Assembly (NCBI RefSeq): GCF_011745625.1
Contig: NW_027191471.1
Span: forward strand, 62,001 to 126,000
Direction: 5' to 3'
From: Cladosporium halotolerans
Lineage: Eukaryota
DNA length: 64,000 nt
Made by a program: the position numbers and the translations under genes. Shown piece by piece: positions 11,539 through 22,035 of the stretch. Below the pieces are notes generated by a model that was not told the DNA's origin, ran no database searches, and saw nothing but the letters and a program-made list of their open reading frames with translations. Position 1 is the first letter of the stretch; every line of letters begins with the position of its first letter.

Positions 11539-12090
11539 ATGCACACAAACTCCATCTGCACTGCCAGCAAACACACAGCCGCGATATGCAGCGATATCCA
11601 TCAAATCGGGGTTAAGCAAAACGACATACCCGTTACAGAACAATGCGCAAATGACCTGGAAAAAGGAACACTCCAAGATCCTACCAGCTCATGGCAACGG
11701 CGGAATGAGACAGAACAAGACGACAACGCTTTCCTTGTGATTTGCGGCCTCCGGTCTGTACTTGCTCGGTTTTGCATCTGGATCAACATGCCGTTTACGT
11801 GGTGCCTCGGTGGTACAATAGCTACAGGCCATGTTGACCGCTGGCTCAACCTCTTGTTCGCGGAACCAACCCGCAAAACGGCGGCTGTTACTTTCGTCGC
11901 CATGTACGTCATATACACCGTACTGACGCATACAATTTTCGTCTATGCAGCTCTGGCGCACGAACTTTGGTGGAACCCATATGCTCGAGCTCCATCGTTG
12001 CGCTGCCAGGTGGATCGAGTAGAGGAGACAGCCATGCTGCGGACTAATCGCTTGCTTGTGCGGCGCGTCTGGAACTTCATACTTCGCTGA
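11539..12090 (+). CDS. Hypothetical small membrane protein
   Basis: 183-aa ORF with 'DLEKG' motif common in cytosolic tails of fungal membrane proteins, followed by two hydrophobic segments. Confidence 0.4.
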   Translation: MHTNSICTASKHTAAICSDIHQIGVKQNDIPVTEQCANDLEKGTLQDPTSSWQRRNETEQDDNAFLVICGLRSVLARFCIWINMPFTWCLGGTIATGHVDRWLNLLFAEPTRKTAAVTFVAMYVIYTVLTHTIFVYAALAHELWWNPYARAPSLRCQVDRVEETAMLRTNRLLVRRVWNFILR

Positions 12091-12165
12091 GACGTATGCA
12101 GACTCTCAATCAGCTTCTTTAAGCCGATGCCTCGTTCCAGTTACTCCGCTCGACCTAGTGAAGCA

Positions 12166-12903
12166 TCAAGTGCCATCCCTGCCGCCCGCGCCTCCGATCC
12201 CACTGCCCAGTCTTTCGCCAACTCCGCTGGCCATCTTGTGATCTCCTGGGTTGGCTGCCGCCTCATAAAGGAAATTGACGGCCTCCCGACTGGCCTTCAG
12301 CCACTCGCCTTTGAACCCAATGTAGCTGATTATCGTCTCATCCTCTTCTCCCTGGCTGAAGTTGTCTTCGAAGAAGAGCTGGAGCGACCGCACGGTGTTG
12401 AAGAGTGCACGCTTCACCGGCACTTCTTGCACATCGTTGGATTGTGCAAGCTCCAGAGTCTGTGTGGGCTGAAGGGATGAAGCGGTGCCGAAATCGAGGT
12501 CGTCGCGGTTGAGGAAGACCTTGAGGTTCATTGGCGCAGAAGGGGTGGTTGATGTTCGGATAAGGATACTATGCAGTCGAATCTGCGCGGTGAAGCTGTA
12601 GAAGGTTAGCTATAGCTAAGTGCTGTCGGTAATGCCATCAACTCACGGAATATGCATGAGCAGCTGCTCATCCGCGTCGCTCTTCAACTCAGGCTCAGCA
12701 TCCAACCTCTCATCCCATGTTTTTTGGACGATTTTGGAACCGCTGCGAGAGTCACTCTCATTGAGCGTGTTGATTGCACCGAAGTCGATCTGCTGATATA
12801 TGTGGTTTTGGAGAGCTGGGGTCAAGTCGTCGGTATGATCGTGGGCGGCCCCTTCAGAGTGGTCGTGACCGTGGTGCCCGTGTTCGTCGTGGCAATGGGA
12901 CAT
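12166..12903 (-). CDS. PITH-domain protein (PITHD1/DUF1000-like)
   Basis: His-rich N-terminus; 'LKSDADEQLLMHIP|FTAQIRLHSILIR' across intron 12646-12596; 'ISYIGFKG', 'YEAAANPGDH'. Confidence 0.9.
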
Positions 12904-13240
12904 GGTGTTGGCGATGTAATTCGTACTTGGGCTGACAAGCAGCGGAAAAAATAATAAAGGTTCACATCGTGGTGGTTGTTGGGTTCAAGGACGAAACGGG
13001 GAAGTGAATGCGGGGCAGACATGGAATGTTCGGGGATGGAAAGCCAAGCGCCGAACGACGATCCTGGGTTATCATCATACGATCGTTCCTTGTATGGAGG
13101 TTTGCAAGTGAAGAGAGTAGCGGAAAGTCGCTGAGAACGTTCTTTCTTCATCGGATGTCGACGTATACAATTTGAGACCAATAGGAGCACCTTCGGGGCG
13201 AGGTTTATCGGTGGGAGAGGGGTGGTGGCTACTGATGGTT

Positions 13241-13265
13241 GGGGTATGAAGGGTTAGGGTTGGGG
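13241..13265 (+). other. Potential G-quadruplex motif
   Basis: GGGG-TATGAA-GGG-TTA-GGG-TT-GGGG fits (G3+N1-7)x4. Confidence 0.45.
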
Positions 13266-13532
13266 TAACACCATGAACCGTGCGAATTGTTTTGTAGTCG
13301 GAACATGTCGACCTGAGTAATTTGAAATCTTTCAGTAAATACTCTAGCCTTCAATGGGTATAATTCTATGTCACTGCGCAGCACACAACGCTGCGGATGG
13401 GTCCGAGAACACGATTCGTCGTTCATTCGAACATTGGAACAGATGGCAGCAGATGGGTGACCAAATGACGTTACTACAGCTGCTAGCAATAGTGACAAGC
13501 AGATTGATACCTCTAACAAGGCTAGCGGCACA

Positions 13533-15740
13533 CTATCTAAGCCTCCATACTGAGACACCAGCAGCAGGAACATCGCCCGCCTGTCCAACAACCAGATCAC
13601 CGTCGACGTTTGGCGGGCTTTGAGCTTCCCAGCCGTAGTTGATAGCCCAGAGCAGGTCACCCCTCCTTGCTAAACGCATCGTAGGTCCAAGATCAGTTCC
13701 ACTGCCAGGCGTTCTACCCACCAGGTCTTTGACATCAGCACTTGCGGCAACGTCACCGAGATACGAGACGAGCAACTCCGCGGGCGGGTTGAACGCAAGG
13801 TAATGCAGGTTGTTCCTGGCGCAAGCAGCGGGCTTGCCCGGTCTGTGACGCGACGTGTACTCGATAGTTGCGTTTGAGCTTGCATTCTGCCGAGAGCATG
13901 CAATCCATTCCTCCCAGCCGGAGATGTTGTACTTTGTTCCGCCGTAAGAAACACCGCTGTTGGCATATTCGGGCGGCGTCTCTACTCGCGTGACACGCAT
14001 AGGCAGACGCGATCTCACAGTGCCCTCCGATGGGTTCAGTCCTGGAACGTATGCAAAGTCAGGGGTCCTGCTTCCCGTGTGAGGACCAAAAACAACCGGT
14101 CCATGGAATTCCTTCAAAGCTTGGTCAAAAGCGTCAGGAATCATGGGAAGGCTGGGCACGACGACCATCTTGTAGCCCTCAACGCTCTGCTCTGGCGAGA
14201 TGACGTCGATACTGAGGCCAAGCCGGCGAAGCGACGAGTAGAATGTATAGACAAGATCAGTGTACTTCACTGCAACATCCGTGTAACCTGCATCTTTTGG
14301 TGACCACGTCCCGCTGTACGGCTCGATGGCCCACACCCAATGAGAAGTGTAGTCAAAAACTAGGGCAACATCTGCTTGCGCTTCGGGGACGATCTCCTCA
14401 GCCTGCAGCCTAGGGAGATCTTCGTTGGCAAACGCCTGGGATTCGAGATAGCCCTGATCCTCGCTGTTGTCCGACACGAATAGGCCAGAGAGAGTCTGTT
14501 CTTGAGCGTATGGGGCCTGGCGCCACCGGAAGTAGTTGACGATGTCACCTGACGCAGCAAAAGTCTCATGTGTCCACAAGCGAACCATACCCTCGAGTGG
14601 CGAGACTCGGTACTGGTTCCAGTTTAGCACGCCAGGCTCCATCTCCATGACGCCGAAAGGGCCCGCATTCTCTCCGTAGGCGGCACCTGATACGCCTCGA
14701 TACAAAGCGTGGTGCAACGCTTGCACGTCGGGAACACCGGTACGCAGGTAATCGGCCATTTCTTCGTCAGAGAGCGGAACTGAAGAGGGGCCCGCGAGAG
14801 GATACTCGTCCCAGGTAGAGACGTCGATTCCTACCTCATGGGTAAATGCATGGTGATCAAAGTCGGTGTAGAATACCATGAAGTTATGTGTCACGGCATG
14901 CTGAGGAGCAAGCTTTCTCAATATACTCGTCTGCTCCTTGGCAAACTCAATGACCATATCGGAGCTGAACCTGTACCAATCGAGAGTATGTGCCTCGTTC
15001 GTGGTGTATACCTCCAGGAATGGCGGCTGCACCGTTTCAAAGGAAGCGTACTGCGAGGACCAGTAGACTCGGCCCTGGGCGTCGTTCATGTTTTCGATGG
15101 TAGTGTACTTGCCTTCCAGCCATGAACGAAACCTGGTAATGGCGTCCTTATCATAGCTCCGTACCGTGTCATGACACCCAAATTCATTGTCAAGTTGCCA
15201 AGCGGCGACAACCGAAGAGTTCCCATAGCGCTCGGCCAATTTGCGTGTGATCTTCTGGCTCTGCTGTCGGTAGTCAAAGGAAGAAAAGCTGTAGTGTCGC
15301 CTGGAGCCGAATTGCAGGGTGGTGTTGGTGCGATCGACGAAATCGATGCTGTACTTTTCTGTGAGCCAGTTCGGTGGTGTAGCCGTTGGTGTTCCCACAA
15401 TAGCCTGCAATCCATGCTTCCCGAGCAGTGCGAGGGTCTTGTCTAGAACGGTAAAGTTGAACTGACCCTCCTTTGGTTCCAGTACAGACCAGTCGAACTC
15501 GTTCACCCTGACAAGCGAGATGTTGCTCTCACTCATCCGAGCGATGTCGGCCTCCCACATCCATTCGGGCCATTGTGAAGGGTAGTAGTCTACCGCGAGA
15601 TGAAGCCCTTGCGGCCAACGATTTACATCCGGGCCGACCGAGGCATTGGAGGCCGGTGTTGATAGCAAGTCACGAGTAGGTATCAAAGATCCGGCCGCTG
15701 CCGAAGCAAACGCCGAGTAAGTAGTCAGGGAGATTCGCAT
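13533..15740 (-). CDS. Glycoside hydrolase family 42 beta-galactosidase with predicted signal peptide
   Basis: Intronless 735 aa; 'DYYPSQW', 'EFDWSVLEP.EGQFNF', 'GTPTATPP.WL', 'WQLDNEFGCH' (acid/base Glu), 'VMEMEPG' (nucleophile Glu), 'YFRWRQ...QEQ'; hydrophobic N-terminus. Confidence 0.92.
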   Translation of the reverse strand: MRISLTTYSAFASAAAGSLIPTRDLLSTPASNASVGPDVNRWPQGLHLAVDYYPSQWPEWMWEADIARMSESNISLVRVNEFDWSVLEPKEGQFNFTVLDKTLALLGKHGLQAIVGTPTATPPNWLTEKYSIDFVDRTNTTLQFGSRRHYSFSSFDYRQQSQKITRKLAERYGNSSVVAAWQLDNEFGCHDTVRSYDKDAITRFRSWLEGKYTTIENMNDAQGRVYWSSQYASFETVQPPFLEVYTTNEAHTLDWYRFSSDMVIEFAKEQTSILRKLAPQHAVTHNFMVFYTDFDHHAFTHEVGIDVSTWDEYPLAGPSSVPLSDEEMADYLRTGVPDVQALHHALYRGVSGAAYGENAGPFGVMEMEPGVLNWNQYRVSPLEGMVRLWTHETFAASGDIVNYFRWRQAPYAQEQTLSGLFVSDNSEDQGYLESQAFANEDLPRLQAEEIVPEAQADVALVFDYTSHWVWAIEPYSGTWSPKDAGYTDVAVKYTDLVYTFYSSLRRLGLSIDVISPEQSVEGYKMVVVPSLPMIPDAFDQALKEFHGPVVFGPHTGSRTPDFAYVPGLNPSEGTVRSRLPMRVTRVETPPEYANSGVSYGGTKYNISGWEEWIACSRQNASSNATIEYTSRHRPGKPAACARNNLHYLAFNPPAELLVSYLGDVAASADVKDLVGRTPGSGTDLGPTMRLARRGDLLWAINYGWEAQSPPNVDGDLVVGQAGDVPAAGVSVWRLR

Positions 15741-16408
15741 CGTAAGTCAAGCTGTCTAAGAATGCTGATATCACAAAGCCGGGAGACGTCTGCGTATTAA
15801 TCATTCGGGCAAAGTAGCCCTGACAGGGGTCCCTCCGCCATCTCTTTTTGAACGTCATCATCAAAAGCCGACAAGTCATGCAATGTGGCTGATGACCTCC
15901 GCCCGGGTGAAGTTCCTTGTTGTTGCCCTACCCGACGAGTTGACTGGGTGCCCGAGCGAAGATTCCCCAGCCAGAAAAGTGCGGAGAACGAAGTGGAGTT
16001 GCTCCGCAGAGATCGGCAAGGTTGTCTCGCTGTGAGATGCACCGAGAATGGCCTGAATCACGGAACAAACTTGATTCAATCGATTTCGGTCATGTGAGTT
16101 GAGGAATGCATCAGCAGTAAGAGAATTGTGTACATTAAAATTCGTGCTTTAGGATGGCAGTCTGTGTCGCAGGCCAGAACAGTCTCCAATGGCAAAAGCA
16201 ATGTCGAAGCTGACTCTACGGCTCTGACTCCATCGTGGGAGACCAAGTGTTGGCATCATACTTGCACGGTCAGTAGCATGGAGTTAATATCAATCAGTCT
16301 GAGATTCTCGCTCAACATTTCATCTTCTCTGTACAATGAGTTCGGGTATCAGTATATCTTTGCTCACAAATTAATTGGCGTGCTGGAATTGCGATGCAAT
16401 CCATGTCC

Positions 16409-17152
16409 TCAAGCTGGCATTGCTTCTTTGGGCCGTTGCCTTTGGGCTCCTTCGTTTTCTCTCTTGCTTTGGGGATTGTCGACGGGCACCTCGGGCATGG
16501 GCTCCTGGACCCGAGTGGGTGCATCAGGCATGGCAGGCACGCCGTTCGCTTCTCGTTCCATGGCCAGAAGCTCATCTTCCACCTCATCTTCGTCCTCGTT
16601 TGACATTTTCCCGCCAAGCAACTCGTTGATGTCCTGGACAAGTTTAGTCTCATGTTGTCAGCGAAACCATGCAATCTGGCCCAACTCACGTTCTGATATG
16701 CCTGCGCTTCTTCACTTTCACTCATGATCAATTCCACCTTCTCCAGTCCGCCCATTTCCTTGTGAATCTCCTTCAACACCGCTGTGCCCTGCTGAAGGCC
16801 AAATACTACATCCTTTTGTACCAGTGCAAACTCCACGTCAGACGTGAGCGCCTGAAGTTGTGCCAGTTGTTGGTCCGTCTTTGACAGTAGCGACTCTTGA
16901 TATTTCTTTCTTCGCAGGGCAAGCAAGGCCTTGTCCTTGTGCCCCTGGCGCAGACATTCCCGCGCTATCTCCGTCTCGCGATCCGTCACGACTTTGATGC
17001 GCTTTTGGTATTGTTGAAGCTTGTCCCGCTGGACTTTCATATCGAGGATGGCTCTAGGACATGCTCAGCGAAAGCCATGTCTGGAGCGCTTGTCGGAGCG
17101 AAACATACTTGTCCTGGGCGGAGATCTTATTCGAGCTGCTGCTATTTCCCAT
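16409..17152 (-). CDS. VPS20: ESCRT-III subunit Vps20 (Snf7 family)
   Basis: MGNSSSSNKISAQDK (N-myristoylation motif); 'KVQRDKLQQYQKRI..KALLALRRKKYQESLL'; acidic 'EDEDEVEDEL'; two introns. Confidence 0.92.
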
Positions 17153-17951
17153 GGCGAAGTTTGTATATCGAGCTACACAGCTCGAGTCTGGCGGGCTTGC
17201 GAGTTGTAGCGAATGCGAATTGTCACGACATGTGTTTGCGATGTTGTGTGTGCGAGTGACTGATGGTCGCGCGAGCTGTTGAGGGCGCCCACTGCTGATG
17301 TCACTTGGCTGAGCGCCTCGGCAGACGATACTTAAGGCGACAGCTTCAATTCGACCTCAAAGCCCGACGCAATTATCCCCGGCTCGGACATGATTCATAG
17401 AACGAGGGTTCTCCAGTAATCGGCTTGTCAGCAAATGGCAAGGCCTTCACACGACCTATCACTTTTTGTCATTGCAAATTCGACCTTGTCTAATCGTGCT
17501 ACAAGGCAGCGCGGTGCTATAGTGTGCTCGTATATTGGTGGCTTTGCAGTGAAATCATTCACTATCTTACAACGACACGATTCTCATGCGCCCGCTCCTT
17601 CGATACTGTCGCAGAGTGCGCACGTCAAGAGCCACCGTATTGACCCATTATCAGACCAAATCACATGGAGAATCATGGGCGCTCGACCGCGGACGTTGGG
17701 ACCTCCTCGCACGGGAGGCTGCAGTTCGCCTAGGGTGCGGCCCGGCGTTCCGCGCTTCTTCCCGCAAGATCTGCGGCCACTTTTTGAAGGTTTGGATGCA
17801 GACTGCGGACGAGGCCACGATCTCGCGATTAATGTTATGACCACTTTAATGTATGCTTCGCGCAACAGATTCTAGCTGGAGAAAAGGTTGATCCTGCAGC
17901 ACAGGTGAAGCTAGATTCCTTGTCCCATAGAAGGTTCTGCTGGACTGCGAA

Positions 17952-20102
17952 ATGTCTAAGCCGACGAGACTTCTCGGTGCACTCGACAACGACATCAACA
18001 TTGCTGCGGGCAAATTCCTGAAGAACGGCGTGCCTGCAGATATCGATAGCCTCTATACCGCTATTCAAAGATCTAATTCGAGCCTCAAGCGCAAGCCCAA
18101 AAAGGTCTTGCTACAGTCGCTCGAACGTTGCCTGGATTTTCGGGGTGTTGCCGACGACTCTGGAGAGGATTCTGAAGCTGCGATCGAGCGGGAGACGGAT
18201 TCGAAAGCACCGGAACCGGACCTCATGAACCGAAGCTTGCGGGCCAACTTATCATCCGGCCCTTCCAGGCCTGCCAGTCCGCCGCCTACAAACGATGAGG
18301 CGGGATCCCGAAAACGAAGAGCGGCAAACGGAGAAGCCTTGCCAAAACGACAAAAGACCGAAAAGGTATCCGTGACGCCTCCTGGCGACGTTAGCTTGTT
18401 CGACATCGGTGGCATTGAGGATGTCTTGAAGCAGCTGAAAGAACTGCTCGTTTTGCCCCTCCTACGACCACGCAAATACATTGAGACCAACGTCAGCCTC
18501 CCTCGGGGTATTCTTTTGCACGGTCCTCCGGGATGCGGAAAGACAATGATTTCTAGAGCGTTTGCAGCAGCTATTGGCGTGCCTTTCATCGAGATCCTAG
18601 GACCGTCCATCGTCTCCGGAATGAGTGGTGAATCTGAGAAGGGAGTCCGAGAACGCTTTGAAGAGGCCAAGAAGCACGCCCCTTGTCTTATCTTCATCGA
18701 TGAGATTGATGCAATCGCCCCGAAGAGAGAGTCCAGCCAGAGTCAAATGGAGAAGAGAATTGTTGCTCAGCTACTGGTGTCAATAGACGAACTCGAGAGG
18801 GACAAGGAGAAGCCAGTCATTGTGCTGGCAGCAACGAACAGACCAGACTCCCTTGACCCAGCTTTGAGGCGAGGTGGTCGCTTCGATACTGAGATCAATA
18901 TTGGCGTGCCTAACGAGCAGGTGCGAGCGGCTATAATGAGAGCACAGACTAGGGGCCTTGCACTCGCACCTGATGTCGATTTCATCTCTCTCGCGAAGCG
19001 CACTGCTGGCTTCGTCGGTGCCGACCTGAAAGATCTTGCTGGCAAGGCTGGCTCATGGCAGATGGCTCAGTACAGAGAGGCACTTGAGCGACAAGCTCTC
19101 GATCTCGAACAGTCAATGGAACTTGATGGAGACAAAGAAGTTTCTCAGATTGCGCAGTCCATTATGCGTCTCATCAGCACAGCTCGAAGGAACGACATCC
19201 CGGAGCCTCCAGGATTTGAGGAAACAGCGATCACCATGGCTGCCTTTGACGCGGTTCTCCCGAGCATTGTTCCTTCAAGCAAGCGTGAAGGTTTCGCAAC
19301 CATTCCGGATGTCTCATGGGACGACATTGGAGCACTGGCTACAGTTCGCGAGGAGCTTCAAACGGCCATTGTCGACCCTATTCAAAACCCCGAGCGTTAC
19401 GCCGCTGTTGGTATCAGCGCGCCCACCGGTGTCCTCCTTTGGGGTCCGCCCGGCTGTGGTAAAACATTACTTGCAAAGGCAGTTGCAGCAGAGAGTAAAG
19501 CAAACTTCATCTCGATCAAAGGGCCTGAGCTGCTCAACAAGTATGTCGGCGAATCCGAAGCCGCCGTTCGCCGTGTGTTCATGCGCGCACGTTCGAGTGT
19601 TCCATGCGTTATCTTCTTTGATGAGCTGGACGCGCTGGTTCCTCGCCGTGACGACTCGATCTCGGAGGCTTCTGGCCGTGTCGTCAACATGCTTCTCACC
19701 GAACTTGATGGCTTGAGCGCGCGTGCCGGCATCTACGTGATTGGAGCTACCAACCGCCCCGACATCATCGACGACGCCATGATGCGTCCGGGTCGCCTCG
19801 AAACACGGTTATTCGTCGACTTGCCTGGGCCCCAAGAGCGCGTGGAGATTCTTAAGGCTCTCATCAGGAACAAGCCGATTCCTGCTGATATCGCTGAGAT
19901 TGCTAGACTTGATGTGTGCCACGGATACAGTGGTGCTGACCTCGAGAGCTTGATCAGGAAGGCAGGTCAACATGCTCTGAAAAGGCAGATGGATAGAGTG
20001 GAGAAGCAGGACTTCGAGTTCGCTGTGCAAGCGATCAAGGGCAGTGTCGGAAGCATGGACAAGTACTACAAGCTGCGCGACAAGTTCACGCAAAGGCAGT
20101 GA
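17952..20102 (+). CDS. RIX7: Ribosome-biogenesis AAA+ ATPase Rix7/NVL
   Basis: Two AAA modules (GPPGCGKT twice, IFIDEID/IFFDELD); 'SIVSGMSGESE' and 'PSSKREGFATIPDV' signatures. Confidence 0.93.
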   Translation: MSKPTRLLGALDNDINIAAGKFLKNGVPADIDSLYTAIQRSNSSLKRKPKKVLLQSLERCLDFRGVADDSGEDSEAAIERETDSKAPEPDLMNRSLRANLSSGPSRPASPPPTNDEAGSRKRRAANGEALPKRQKTEKVSVTPPGDVSLFDIGGIEDVLKQLKELLVLPLLRPRKYIETNVSLPRGILLHGPPGCGKTMISRAFAAAIGVPFIEILGPSIVSGMSGESEKGVRERFEEAKKHAPCLIFIDEIDAIAPKRESSQSQMEKRIVAQLLVSIDELERDKEKPVIVLAATNRPDSLDPALRRGGRFDTEINIGVPNEQVRAAIMRAQTRGLALAPDVDFISLAKRTAGFVGADLKDLAGKAGSWQMAQYREALERQALDLEQSMELDGDKEVSQIAQSIMRLISTARRNDIPEPPGFEETAITMAAFDAVLPSIVPSSKREGFATIPDVSWDDIGALATVREELQTAIVDPIQNPERYAAVGISAPTGVLLWGPPGCGKTLLAKAVAAESKANFISIKGPELLNKYVGESEAAVRRVFMRARSSVPCVIFFDELDALVPRRDDSISEASGRVVNMLLTELDGLSARAGIYVIGATNRPDIIDDAMMRPGRLETRLFVDLPGPQERVEILKALIRNKPIPADIAEIARLDVCHGYSGADLESLIRKAGQHALKRQMDRVEKQDFEFAVQAIKGSVGSMDKYYKLRDKFTQRQ

Positions 20103-20393
20103 GGAAGAGGATAGGTTTGATATCTTGTGTAATCTAAGACCTGAAATGGAGGGTACACTCTTGCACGGAATCATTCTAGTGATTATTCCATTAACGTGAT
20201 GTATATGTGATATGCTTACGGTTGCATACTGTGACGTCCCAACAATGCCATGTCTCGCAGTGTGCAAGCAAGATTGGGATTCTGGTGGCGCGTTTCGCCA
20301 TTCTGGAGATTTTACAGGCTTTTGAAGTACGTCCTTCAAAAAGTGACAGTGGCGCAAGGCCAGCGCTACCATCCCCACCATCAATTGATCACC

Positions 20394-20422
20394 AAAAATA
20401 AAAAATAAAAAAAATAAAAAAT
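20394..20422 (-). repeat. A-rich tract (T-runs on minus strand; possible Pol III terminator-like)
   Basis: aaaaataaaaaataaaaaaataaaaaata. Confidence 0.6.
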
Positions 20423-20427
20423 ATTTG

Positions 20428-20628
20428 ACGATGGTGGTCAGTCAGCACCGGAAGACGTGATGATACCTTAGTAAGAGACGTCATTTCTGAAATCTCCCTA
20501 ATAGGGAATTGAACCTTAAAATTGGAAAAAAGAAGGCAGAACGATGCTGGTGAGCCAGCACCGGAAGACTTGAAATCTGCAAGAGATATTCATTTCTGAA
20601 ATCTCCCCAACAGGGAATCGAACCCTGG
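20428..20628. repeat. Imperfect tandem duplication (~90 nt) of tRNA-Asp 3' end plus trailer
   Basis: 20428-20519 aligns with 20541-20628 (shared cagcaccggaagac, aagaga, tcatttctgaaatctccc, agggaat, gaacc). Confidence 0.85.
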
Positions 20629-20691
20629 TCTCCCGCGGCTTATCATCGGGTGAATGACAAGCGGAAATCATAGCCACTAGACCATTGAGGA
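20603..20691 (-). tRNA. tRNA-Asp(GTC) with 17-nt intron
   Basis: Acceptor stem TCCTCAA/TTGGGGA plus G73; D-arm TGGTCTAGTGGCTATGATT; anticodon arm TCCGC-TTGTCA[TTCACCCGATGATAAGC]C-GCGGG; T-arm CAGGG-TTCGATT-CCCTG. Confidence 0.95.
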
Positions 20692-21110
20692 TTTGGATGT
20701 TGGTACATCCAATGGTTGTGTTCCATGCGTGAGGTGACTGGCACAAGAATATATAGTTTTTGGCTGTTGTTGTTATCATTTTCGCACCGCGACCGACCAG
20801 TACGCAGTCAAAATTGTTTTGATGAGGCAGGCGTTCGCTATTACGGAACCATCACCCAGAGAAAGTCCATGGCTGACAAAAAATGGCGCGTGGTCGATAC
20901 ACTACGGCCACCCAGTGGGACTACCGTTCGACACCTTAGCTTCCAAGTTTGTCGCCCATTGAATGCTGCCTCGCACGGCAATACAGCGGCTTCCGTCACT
21001 TGCTTGGTCGCTGGTCGGCTGATGTGCTCATAGACAGGCTCGATGCGAAGTTTTCGCTGGTCAGGCGCTTGTAAGTAGAAGGGTGGCTGCGGCTGGGCAG
21101 ACCGGTGGCC

Positions 21111-22035
21111 TCATCGGAACCACCAATTCACGCTGCCATTCATACCGTTGCCGATTCCTTTGACACTGTGCCACCACCCCTTAGGGATGAAGAGAGCATC
21201 ACCCGCGCTCAGGCTGGCCTGCCACACTCCACCGACCTTGTCCTGTCCGTCACCCCAAACCTCATGCTCCAGCATTTCTTTCTCCTTCCCCTGCATCATC
21301 TCTTCACCTCGCATAGTAGCGCTCGCGCTGCCTCCAATCATCTCTTGCACTTTCGAGAATACCATATTCCCTATGCGTGGTTCGTATAATCTGATGACCT
21401 TCTTGCCAGCCAATTGGACGAAGAGATTAGGGTTGGGATCTCTGTGGAGCGGTGTGTACGTTGGAGCTTTGCCTAGCCAGATGCTACTGTCGTAAACATC
21501 GCCCTTGCCCGCTCTCAAAACGAGCTCGGGAGTCGGTACGTCTTCGTGCAACGCTTGCGGCAGGTCGCTCAAGGGGGCTTGCGCGATGTAGGCCTGTGCC
21601 GACGAAAAATCGAGAGCCGAGGCACTGAAAATAGAGTCAGAATGATAATTTGAGTGGCGGAGCATGTTGGTGCGCCAAAAAGACATTGATATGGTAGACG
21701 AACTTGAGGAAGAACCCTAGAGATTGCTGAATACGTGCAAACTGGCCGTTGCTCGTGATCTCCACAGGGAGCTCGACATTTGCAAAATGCGACAGGTACG
21801 GCGTGTTCAGTTGTATCTCACTACTGCTGTCGCTGGGCACGGTAAACCATTTGGTTGCAGCTGGCAAGTGTGCTTGAGATGACTGTGGTAGTATGGTCGG
21901 CAATGCTGGAAGGAAAGCATTCTTGCGGAAAGCCTCAACACTCCCGTCTGAAAGTGTTGGTACTGGTCTGGTAGCAGTAGAGGAATAGCCTCTCGATTGC
22001 GCCAGAAAGCTACGGCATGCTCGTCGTGCGAGCAT
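21111..22035 (-). CDS. JmjC/cupin-8 2-oxoglutarate-Fe(II) oxygenase with putative mitochondrial presequence
   Basis: 'YIAQ', 'SSIWLG..TYTPLHRDPNPNLFVQLAGKK' (HxD), 'GDALFIPKGWWHSV', 'SVNWWFR'; Arg/Ser-rich N-terminus MLARRACRSF; one intron ~21704-21627. Confidence 0.85.

Noticed and set aside
13250..13265. CAACCCTAACCC on the minus strand as a telomerase RNA template
   Set aside because: The intergenic space is only about 630 nt, whereas filamentous-fungal telomerase RNAs are much longer; no other supporting elements seen
17435..17875. 146-aa ORF upstream of RIX7
   Set aside because: No recognisable features; lies in the VPS20/RIX7 divergent promoter region
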